Part shown: piece after piece, positions 53,517 to 64,000 of the stretch
How positions within the stretch are numbered: position 1 is the stretch's first letter
Layout of the letters: the number at the start of each line of letters is the position of its first letter
NCBI GenBank assembly: GCA_000165425.1
Contig: CT868096.1
Span: forward strand, 372,001-436,000
Direction: 5' to 3'
Length of the DNA: 64,000 nt
Source: Paramecium tetraurelia
Lineage: Eukaryota
Notes under the pieces: model-generated
What the model was told of the DNA's origin: nothing
Database searches by the model: none
What the model saw: the letters and a program-made list of their open reading frames with translations, nothing else
Made by a program: the position numbers and the translations under genes

Positions 53517-54722
53517 TCAAGCATCTGCTTTATTTTGGAAAATTTTATTTTTCTAAACTCTTTCTTAAAAATCTTATTACTTATTAGAACTCTTTTTATA
53601 TGTTTGAAATGCTTTTGGATCGAGACTACTATTCGTTTTTGTTTTTGCAGCATTACAAGTAACTATGCCTACTTGTTCATCAAAAATTGGACTTAAATAA
53701 TGATTCAATCTTACGTTATATTTGAAGAGTTTATTTATGTAGAGAGAATTGTAACAGAGAATCTTTTGTTTGATTTAAACTTGTTTTAAGAATACTAAAG
53801 TCTTAAATCACTTTAAAGATTAATGTCCTATTGAGTTGATGATCTTTTATCAGTTAAATAATTTTTAAATTCCATCATACTTTCTTATCTTCTATTTAAT
53901 AAACCCATTTTCTTATAATGTTTTCTAATTATTTGATCAAGATCCTAGAATTTTGGATTTTTTTAAATTTCTTTCCTATTTTAAGAACTGCTTTGATTCT
54001 ATTACATTTTTTTATCTTCATCATTTTGTATTGATGAGCATAGAGTTCTTCTTGATGTAATTGGTTTTTCCGAATATCCTAGAATCTCTTCATTTTCATC
54101 GATTTTATCAAACCTATCCAAATTTTTGAAACTCTATTTTTAATTAATTTCCTATTATTATTTCTTAATCTCCATTGTTTAAAGCTTTTCAATAATTTTC
54201 GAGTATAGATTTGATTTCATTTTTATTTTTTCCAATTCTTCTCTCTTATGTAAAATTGAATTGATACCTGCATATATTAATTTGAATTCTGCTCATTGAT
54301 TGATAATTCCTAGTTCTTTTCTTTGATTTGAAGTTTAATGTTCTCAATCAAAGGAATCATAGACTATTGAATCTTTTTACATGTTTACGAATAATTGAAT
54401 CTTTATAATAAAGTTATTAGTACTTACAATTTAAGGACTCGTCAAGTTCATATTAATAAGAGCATCTGTTCATTTCTTAATCAATTTTATTTTAAACTTC
54501 TTTAGACTTAGAAAGGGATAATAAAACTCTACTGAACTTTTTCCCTTTTTAGAATGTATTCAAAATTTTAATTGGACCATCTACAATCTGCTTTTATGCT
54601 ATTAAACGCCTTTGTAATTGCTCTAGTTTAGGTTTAAATTGATTGGTCAACTTAAGGAAATCTTAAGAATACTATTTTCTTCTTTAAGTGTAGAATTCAA
54701 TATTTTCGCTAGTTAATAACAT
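53517..54722 (-). CDS. Hypothetical K/Q/N/S-rich protein, 3 tiny introns
   Basis: MLLTSENIEFYTQRRKQ... to NKADA-TGA after splicing. Confidence 0.55.
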
Positions 54723-54844
54723 AAATATTTAATTTTTGGAATAAATCAAAGCACTATTATTACTCATTTTCTTTATGTGTTTTCTATATTATTGTTTTAT
54801 AACCCACTCTGATTGAGATATTATACTAATTAGAGGTTGAAGAA

Positions 54845-55488
54845 ATGAATAAATAAGAACAGTATTATATACCAATGAATAGGATTCCTTTACAAAAACA
54901 AAAAAATAAAAATAAATAAGTTAATGATAATAATTATGGTAAGTATGAAATTAAAACCATAAAGGAACTTTATTGAACAAAGAAATGAAGGTATCAACCT
55001 ATAATTTGAGGTTCATAATAAATTTTGTGAATATCTGAATGAATTTACTTAATATATAAGCAATCAAAATTGTTAAGAGAGGGAGAAGTTAATGAATCAT
55101 AAATTAAGGAATATTTAAAAATCAAAGGAAGAATAAAATAGCAAAAGCAAGATTTCAATTAAATTTTCTCTTTGAAGGATATATCTAACTCTGAAGTTGA
55201 AGACACTTTTATTTTAGCATTAAATACACTTAAAGCTGACTTGGAAATACTTGATTTCAATAATTCTTTGATATAAGAGTATTTAATCTAAAGACAATTA
55301 TTTTCAGCGCAAATACAAATTTACTCAAAAAACATAAAGTAATTCCTATAATTGCATTTTGATTTAATTTACATAGAAATAATATTGCCTGTGAATATGA
55401 AAATTTTGATCTCATTCCCTAATAAATAAACAGTAGCGTTATCGAAGATTCAAGAATCCAATTACATTGGTTCACACAATTATAGTGA
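54845..55488 (+). pseudogene. Hypothetical gene or relic with an apparent frameshift near 55079
   Basis: Coding-like sequence with plausible tiny introns, but the upstream and downstream open frames differ at about 55075-55080. Confidence 0.3.
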
Positions 55489-55710
55489 TTTGTTTAATCA
55501 TTCTTATATCCTTACAGACAAATTAAGTAATATTTAAAAAAAGAATCTACCTAAAAATCACATTCTCATTTTCTGAATTGAACAATATATGTCTATAATT
55601 ATTGATAGATTGGAATTATAATATTTTAGAAATATACTATATATTAATAGCAAAAATTGAAGTAGAATTAGTAATTTGATTTGAATTATAAGAATAATGA
55701 AAGAATTAAA

Positions 55711-55752
55711 TAACCCATAAAATGATTATCAAATTAAATTCTAATATATAAA
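55711..55752 (+). promoter_or_regulatory. snRNA-type upstream sequence element (TAACCCATAA) plus TATA box
   Basis: ACCCATAA about 65 nt and TATATAAA about 30 nt upstream of the RNase P RNA 5' end; matches the ACCCAT-type USE known for ciliate snRNA and telomerase RNA genes. Confidence 0.7.
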
Positions 55753-55775
55753 TATTTAATTCAATAAACTGATAA

Positions 55776-56039
55776 GGGAGTTGGGTACCAGTTCACCTTA
55801 AGGCACACATATTACGAAATTGCGCAAGCAATTATTCACAATGCCTGAGTAAGTTCTGAGATGCCGTTAATTCGAAAGAATATGAGACTTCCTCCAGAAA
55901 TCTATTTCGCTCTGACTTAGAGAAGAGGATTGTAAAATCTGATCGTTAGAGTGAAAGTGAGAAGGGGGTTTGGCATAGCATATTAAGTGCAATAGGTGAT
56001 ATCCAATTCAATTCAGGCTACTCGGTGCCTAATTCTCCC
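55776..56039 (+). ncRNA. Nuclear RNase P RNA
   Basis: Helices: P1 GGGAGTTGGGTACC/GGTGCCTAATTCTCCC, P2 TCACCT/AGGTGA, P3 AGGCA/TGCCT, P7 ATGCC/GGCAT. Conserved regions: CR-I GAGTAAGTTCTGAG (55847-55860) pairing with CR-V ATTCAGGCTAC (56011-56021), CR-II AGAAA, CR-III TGAAA, CR-IV AAGTGCAAT. Confidence 0.88.
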
Positions 56040-56045
56040 ACACCC

Positions 56046-56050
56046 TTTTT
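56046..56050 (+). terminator. Pol III-type oligo-T terminator
   Basis: TTTTT 6 nt after the 3' strand of P1. Confidence 0.6.
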
Positions 56051-56122
56051 ATGGTTTGTTAATTGTTTAATAATTTTAAAAATATTATTAATTAACAAAA
56101 AAACCAAATAAATATAGATAAT

Positions 56123-57575
56123 TCAACCTGTGGATTTTGAGACATTTCGAAATAAAAATTTTGAATCTGTGGATTAAGAATTTAAATTTTCTTGATATTA
56201 AGTAATTTTTTGTCCATTTTTATGATAATCTAAAAATACTGGAATTTGATTAATGGGAGGTAATTCATTATTGAAATACTCTACATGAATATCATCATCG
56301 CTAAGTAGTTGTTTTGTGTTCGATGTTTAAGTATGAAAACTAGCCCTCACTTGGGACAGTAAAAGAGGAATATTCCGAGTACTGATTCTAAAATTTTCTC
56401 TAAAGAAGTGATGTTATAAGGCAGATGTAGCTTTGATTCTCAATCGAGGATCTTCTTGCAACATTTCTGATAGTAAATTTTAAGCAGTTATTGGGATATG
56501 GATCAATGATAAATTTTAAATGTTACATAGGCATCTTCTATTAGCTGATAAGATTTCATTTTGAGTTTCCCCATAAAATAAATCCTTCCTCAACAGTCTT
56601 AAAAATGATAAGAAATTTAAATTTACAGTTTATAGAATACACATCCTACAGAAAAAATGTCGCTCTCTAAACCATATTTTCCATTTTTTAGATTTATTAT
56701 CTCAGGAGCCACATAACCTGGAGTTCCGCATTTCTTGAGTTCTTTATTGGGCTCTAGTTTTACAGAGAGACCAAAGTCGACTATTTTGAGATCTATTTTC
56801 TTTTCCTGAATATTTAATATAATATTCTCAGGTTTTATGTCACGATGAATTATATTTAGAGAATGCAGATAGGCAACACCCTGAAGTAATTCCCAAAGAA
56901 TATTCTAAATAATTCTTACATTTAATTAATGTTTTAATTCTTTAATGTATGAATTTAAACTTTGCCCCCTGCAATACTCTAAGACTATATAATAGGTGCC
57001 ATCACCAACATAGAACTCTTCAAAGCGAGGCAGATTAGGATGATTTAACTGTTTGAGGATATTTAATTCATCAAAAATTCCATTCTAATTAAATAACACT
57101 TCTGCTGTACCATTTTTTCAACCGAATTCTAAATTGCCTCTTTAGTAATACATTTCGTGACATAATTATCACTTTTATCACTTTTCCTCACAACTTAATA
57201 AACTTGACTGTTGCTGCCAGTCGCCAAATGTTCTGTAGCTTCATAAAAGTCTTATACTTTAGTGAAAGAAACAAACTTGGAAAGAATCTTCTTTAAAATG
57301 AGTAAGTCACTTTGTTTAACATGAAACCACTTAAATTTTTTGGGTGATGTCCAGAAGCCAAAAGCATTTTCTTTTGGTGTAAGTTGCCATGAAATTTAGG
57401 AGGACCAATTTAATGGGACGATGTACTTAGGAGTATCAGGTCTCTTGGGCTATAGAGATTTTAGATGATCATTTACATTTGTTAGTGTGAGAGCATTATC
57501 AGTGAATCTAATCTCATAAATCTGATCAGCAATAAGATGCTTACGATAACAAATGATGATTTCAAACATTTGCAT
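56123..57575 (-). CDS. Ser/Thr protein kinase (CAMK-like) with an N-terminal PH-like region
   Basis: LATGSNSQVY, VTK, HRDIKPENIIL, IVDFGLS, CGTPGYVAPE and DIFSVGC motifs; tiny introns. Confidence 0.9.
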
Positions 57576-57593
57576 AATAAATAAATTAAAAAT

Positions 57594-58066
57594 TCAGAAT
57601 CTATAACATTCATTGAGATACGACTACACTTCTGTAAAGAAACGACTTTGGAGGGCTACATTCTACAGAATCTCTTACATTTATGTTCTTCCTCAAGTAC
57701 AACTAGTTCTTGATGTTATGTAATTATTTTAAGAGTCTTTTTTTACATATTTTTCTAATTTTTATCTTAATTATTCAACTACACAAACGCAAGTAACATT
57801 TTGTCAAAACTAAGTACTTCAGGTATGTTCTCTTTAAGTATTATTGTTTTAGGTGGTTTGGCTACATATTATTTTTTAGGTTCGAGGGTTCGGAGTTGCA
57901 ATTCTTTCCTCTGAACGAAAAGAGATTTTTCATAAAAGGAATCTGCTGATTGCTCAATCCTCCGTTCCATAGGTTAAGTAGAATTATATCTTCTCTTAAA
58001 TTTTCTAAATATATTTCGATTTTCCACTAACACAGGAAAGAAAGGCTCTTTTTCAGTTAGAAGCAT
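57594..58066 (-). CDS. Hypothetical basic protein
   Basis: MLLTEKEPFFPVLVENRNIFRKFKRR...; the stop at 57594-57596 requires one 23-nt intron. Confidence 0.55.
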
Positions 58067-58111
58067 TATATTTATATTAAAATAATAAGAGGATATTAAT
58101 ATAAAGAAACT

Positions 58112-61100
58112 TCAATAAACATATTTGATATTGAGTGCAATGACATCAAATATTCTTTCATCAATGTCAGTAATGAAGATGCGTACTAGTTCTTCACTAC
58201 CCGGTAAGACTCTGATTTTGAACTGAACAATTTCATTAGGTCCTGTAGAGATATTTTGATCAATAATCTAATGGAACATACTAATAAATGATTACTTTCA
58301 CAAATTCACTTGAAGATACAATATTATATTAAGTAGTGTAATTAACTTAATTTTTGTAATTGACTTAATGACGAGATTCTCTTCCATCTATGCATCTAAA
58401 ACATTAATTAAAACATACCTCAAATCATAAGTAGCACTTGGGGGTTAAGGCTCGGCATGAACATTCACTAGCCAAGAATAAATTAGTTCTTGAGAGTGAA
58501 TGTCAACTCCATTCAATTTAATTAGATGTTTCCCATCCTATAGAGCCAAAATATTAATGGGAACTAAATTTATTTTGCCTGGTAACATCGTGATTTCAGA
58601 ATCAAAAGGTTTAACAAAAGATATCATTTTATTGGAAGATGTCATTTTAATAATACGAGTAATATCACAAGGAAATGTTATTTTAGTGCATACTTTTTAA
58701 CCCAATGGAACTTCAATGTCTATTGTGGATAAACTATAAACTTCTATCTTCCAATTGGCTATTATTTTATGCTGATATTAATCTTAATACAAAAGGATGT
58801 TGAATATCTTGACACTCTATGGTTCTCCTATCCTAAGATTCAATCTAATTGAATTAAAATCAGATGACCATTCAATCATGACATCAGGATCAGTGATATG
58901 TACATGAGGCTATTATTGTAAGGGTTAGTTGAATAATCTAGGTATTATAAGTCTAGTCTAACGATTCTCTCTTTCATAAAATCTAAGCACATGATCAATT
59001 GGCTATTAATGAGGCTCAACAATTATACGTAGTCCATCCATCATCTTACCATCTTGTTATAATAAAATCGTTATGTGACGAGATTACATATATTTTTTGA
59101 TATATTCAGGTGTTCTATCGTGATCATCAACTCTATAATCATATTACCTAAAACTTATAAATTTGAACAACAAAGTAACCTCCTAATTAGGATCTAATAT
59201 GAAATAATATTAAGTTTTCCCTTAATTTTCTTTCATTCTAATTAAATCATAATTTTCAGGTTCTGGGTATTTGTTATTAGTAACCCAATATTTCCATTCA
59301 GCTGGATTACCAATCAAAAAGAATTCTTAATATTCTAACATTCTGCTTTCTGGATCCTCTATATTTACAGTGAATTATTCTGGTTTTGGATGAGTATTCT
59401 TAAAATAAAGTGGAACTATTTCACATTTACCATAAAATGAATGAACTACTTTCTCATTTTATAAGAATCCTTACATAATTGTTTTTACTAATGATGGCTT
59501 TTTTATTTCTTTATATTTTAACACTTCATTTAATGATCTTTATTGGCTCTATTTATTTTTAATCATCTCTTATAAATTTTATTGTTTGATCTTTTTAATC
59601 CTATCTTAAATACTATTTCCATCAAAAGCTTAAGCAGGAACATCCATTCTATTCACTGGCTTCTCAGATACTAATTTCTTTTTCTATAATCCATTAAATG
59701 TGTTTTCCAAAGGAACGGTTTTACTCATGTCTTATTAACCAATTTTGCCGATATTTTTAATGACAATCTGTAATGTCCCTTTAGCCTTCTTCGATTGAGG
59801 ATCAAAAATTTCAACATCAGCCATTATTTAGGCATTTTGTTTACCTCCTCTCATTATGCCTCTCAATGGTATCCTAACACTACCAAATAAAAATAAACTC
59901 TCACTATCCCAAATATCCAAAATTAAGTTTTTATTGAATAAATATCTTGCAAAATCTTAATCCAAATTTGCATATCTTTATAAAGATGTTTCAATGTTAA
60001 ATTTACAACTGAAAATCTCATTATTATACAATAATCTTAAGGGATTACCATTCTCCAAATTATATTTAAAATTTCTTTCATCATTATAATATTCCAGATT
60101 TAAGAATGGTGATTTGAAGGTCTATAAATCATAGAATATAATTCCTATTTAAACTGATTTACAAATAGGATATGGTCCTAAAACTTATTTCATAGAAACT
60201 GGTTATATTACTATTATTTGGTCCTTCCTTTCATCTTACATTTCAAGTGCCATCAATCTATTTTCTTAATCCATAGATGTAGGATCATCAACTAAAGCAG
60301 TAACATCTGTGCGAGTTATAGGTTTCAATGTGGCTGAAGGTACAGGGTATGCATAAGAATCTATTGGTTTTATAACAGTATTTTAAGGTTTTGCCTCAGC
60401 CAAAACCACTGGAGGAGCAGCAGTCCTCTCAACTGTTTTCTAATCTTTAATCAATTTCTCAAGTCCTTCGAATTACCTAGCTTAAGTAAATTATAATAAT
60501 CTATTCTCTTCTCTTAATTTTTCAATTGCTTATAAGTATTCTTATTATTTTTGGGGATCCGAGGTTTGCTAAATTGCTAATCTTCTTAATCTTTCATTTT
60601 CCTCTTATAATCTCAATAATTATTATTCAAAATCCTTCAATTTTACTTATGTTCTTATATCAATATCTGATCCTCTTACCTATTCTTACTTATTTTAGTG
60701 TTATTATTAAACTGCTTAGTGTTAATTCAAATTAGTTTACTATTAGAATCCCTGCTAAGGAATTTATTAGTATCCATACTATTAAGGAGCTTATTACTAT
60801 TACTAGGCTGCTCCCATATATAAATCTTGAAATTAAAATCCACCTCCAGAAAGATTAAGACTACCTTTCAATTTAATCGATGAATCAGGGTTCTAAAATG
60901 ATACAAGTGGTCTACCATCCAACGTTTTCCCTGGTCCTATAATAAAGTCTTCCTCAATGAGTTCGTCAGCACCAAATTTATTATTAATGTAAATAGGAAT
61001 CCATCCGAGTGTCAATTACATAGTTTCCTTAGTTAGATTTGATACTAGGAACATAGCTTCATATTCTAATTAAGCTACAAGCATGCCTGAATTAACTGTA

Positions 61101-62109
61101 GGGTCAGTTGAGCAAACATTATTGATATCAATAACACCATGATATGCTAATTATTTGTATTGGATTTGTTTCTAATCGACAAATTCATTTACTAGCATTC
61201 TTGTTTCTCCAAGAGGCACAAAGTTATTTGTTCCTCTAGTATTTATAAATGTCCAGCCATTATGAAATGCTACAATCAATCTTTTATTTATAATCTAAAT
61301 GTCTCCTTTATAGTCATCAGGAGTTCTGTATTTATAAGTCCTATATCTCTATACTTATCTATATATATCTGCTTCCATAGTATCAGGAATCAGCACTTGT
61401 ATTTTACTCATGGAATACAACCATACCTTCGCGATAATTCAAAATCCCCAGCGACAAAACTCTTTTTAAGTCCTGGTAATTCATCCCCTAATCCACATAA
61501 TGCGTTTTCTGGAGCCAAATGCATACTTATTTGAAATTCTTCACTCTGCACAATATCACATGTTACATTGATACCAGAGGATTCAAAGTTCACCTATTAA
61601 CCCAATAATAAGATTCTTGGACTTCCCTTTCTGAAATTGAGCTTTGTTGATTATGTAGTAATGGTTAATGCTGCTAGTTCACACCAACCCAAATGCATGC
61701 GTTTTAACACTAAATCTTATTGAGATTCAAATGCTTATATTTCCAGAATTATCAACAAAGGCATATCCTTATTATTTAGAATTCTAGTATGGTAATAGAT
61801 CGGTATGATTGGATGTTCATAATTTACTCCATCAGGTCCAAATTCCACATTTAGACGTGGACTATTATATGTTCTTCCAAAAAAGCACTTTTCTCCTTGC
61901 GAGTTTTAAATAAAAAAGTTGGCAGCAACTGAGAATTGTAAATTCAGAACAGGATTCTAAGGACGTCTGAGTCCCCCTATTCGAGACACAATCAACTTAA
62001 AAGCTTTTGAATCTAAGCCCATTTAGATTGGGATTGAAGAGGGTAGACTCTTATGCATCTTCTAAAATTTTAGAAACTTCTTTATTGAGTTTATGTCTTC
62101 GGTTGACAT
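58112..62109 (-). CDS. NPHP4: Nephrocystin-4 (ciliary transition-zone protein)
   Basis: CFFGRTY, IYYHT, GSPRILL, HLAPENALCGLGDELPGL, AFHNGWTFI, YLFNKNLILDIWDSESLFLFGSVRIPLRGIMRGG and C-terminal IFITDIDEKNFDVIALNIKY match NPHP4 blocks. Confidence 0.88.
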
Positions 62110-62283
62110 TAATATTATTGTTTGAAATAAAAAATATCATCTGTAAAATTATATTTATCATTCCTTATTGATACTTCTCATTTCTAAAGGTATATTGAAT
62201 GGTCCTTTGAATTTATGAAGAATGCAATTATGATAAGTTATACAATTTTTTATTAATTTAGTTCATCTATAATACTATATATA

Positions 62284-64000
62284 TCATTGTTTTGAATCTT
62301 CATTATCCCAGATGTTATCCCCTTCAAATACCTCTCCTTATTCTTAATTCTCCTCTTCCATAGCTAATCTAACATATTCCTGGTATGCAAATCTATCCCA
62401 ATCAGTAAAATCTGGATGATCAACTATGTCATTTCTTACTTGAAATGGGTCTCTATTTTCATAAGCAATTAATTTATTTAAATTGGTCAAGAAATTGAAG
62501 AACACTCCACAAACAGTCAGATTCTATTTGAAATGACTTAATTTAAAGAGGATATCATTTTCAGGATGTAGAAGATCAACCATTTAACAAACAAAATCAT
62601 GGAATAAAATAGGTTCATGATTTAAATAATCCATTCTCTATTTCAGTTCCTCATAAAAGTAATCCATCTCAAATCCTGTAATAATTCCATTGTCATCCAG
62701 ATCAATAATCTTGAACCAATATTCTATGGATTATATAGTAGTCTTATCTTCTTCACATAATATGAAGTAAATGAAATCCTCATAGGACATCTTCTAATCT
62801 ATTTAACTTCTGAATCTACGGAGGAATCTGATCAAATATTCTATCGACAACTTTACGACTTAGACCATGACTGGAATAACGAGAGAAGTCTTCCTTGCTG
62901 ATATGGAAATCGTGATCACCATCTAATTCCCAGAATTTGCAATAAATAACATAGAAATGTTCATATGAGAAATATTATCTGATCTAATATAGGAACTATG
63001 AAATAATACTTTGTTAATATCATCTTCCTTTCCCAATATATCCAAAATATCAAATAAGTTACTTGATTTGAAGTCACGCCATGTAATTTTATTGTTATCC
63101 TTTCGACATAAATGAAAGAATATTCTATGAATTACTGTGTCTGCATATCGTTCTTAAAATTCCGGTGTTGCTTACAAAAATTCCAACCCCGGATGCTATT
63201 CAAGTAAAACTATTTAGGAAAGAGAATGTAGTACTCTTCATGAAAGGTTTGAAATCATCAAATTAAATGAAGTCATTCTTTGGTTTTTTGAGAATATGAA
63301 AACACCTCTGTTTTGGTTCTTTTTATGCTAATTGCTAATTCCAATACTTGATAAAAGCGGTTTTACTAATTTTGTTGCCTGTACCTTCTACTGCTGTCAT
63401 TAGAATTCTTGTTAAGTATTTGCATAGACCACATAAATTTGTAGTGATCTGCTCAAAATGACTAGCGTCGATTTGTTCAGCTTTACCAAATATTTCGTAA
63501 ATAATTTTCTAAAACCCTATAAACATATGGATTATACATTCTATTCTTATTGTAATTATAAATTGATCTCTTATGTGGGGAAATAGAATTGTGGAACCAA
63601 ATCGTAATTTTATACCTCCTCTACATGAAGCTTTTTCTATATTATTTACGATTAGGTCAATGATTATGATAAATCATCTGGAATACGCTATTTAATTTCA
63701 TGAAATGAGTCTGCACGAGGAGGAGTTGAAGGACCTTAGCTTTTTTTGTTAGGTGAGCTTAAGAGTGCACTTTGTGACATCCCAGACATAGTCATCTTAT
63801 TTGTGAAAAATGCATTAGGTTGAGTAATTAGATTATTTTACTTTCCTTCCCGCACATCCTTTATCAGTTGATGTACTAACTTTTAAGTTTAAGGTAGAGT
63901 TAGCCATTTAATGAAGAGATCATCAACTCGAGTTTTGGCCAATTAATATCTAATATTCTAAGTAAGTGGGAAACCTGCTCCAACTCCTTCAGAATACGAT
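62284..64000 (-). CDS. PPP2R3: PP2A regulatory subunit B'' (EF-hand, PR72/FASS family), 5' end outside window
   Basis: [69 protein letters not shown] and [11 protein letters not shown]. Confidence 0.92.

Noticed and set aside
55050..55080. Retained IES explaining the frameshift
   Set aside because: No TA-bounded segment with TAYAG-like inverted ends of suitable length was found.

Overview
AT-rich, very gene-dense ciliate DNA, most consistent with a Paramecium macronuclear scaffold. TAA/TAG read as Gln and only TGA is stop (translation table 6), introns are ~20-30 nt GT..AG, and many intergenic gaps are under 40 bp. The supplied ORF track uses the wrong code and is mostly artefact. Hand translation with code 6 gives about 35 protein genes. 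These include PACRG, an MsrB-like protein lacking the catalytic Cys, a SPIRAL2/TORTIFOLIA1-like HEAT protein, a calmodulin-like protein, SRP9, an ABCG transporter, METTL5, a CDPK-like pseudokinase, a frameshifted TAP42, GALE, a Cabin1/Hir3-like TPR protein, a P4-ATPase-like/guanylyl cyclase fusion, a sorting nexin, a jacalin-domain protein, a kinase, NPHP4 and a PP2A B'' subunit. There are two highlights. One is an intronless, domesticated piggyBac transposase (PiggyMac-like) that has lost its DDD triad and lies head-to-head with an unknown gene carrying SUMO-interacting motifs. The other is a nuclear RNase P RNA gene with a USE+TATA promoter and T5 terminator. All family calls come from motif recognition by eye, with no database searches, and exon boundaries are inferred.
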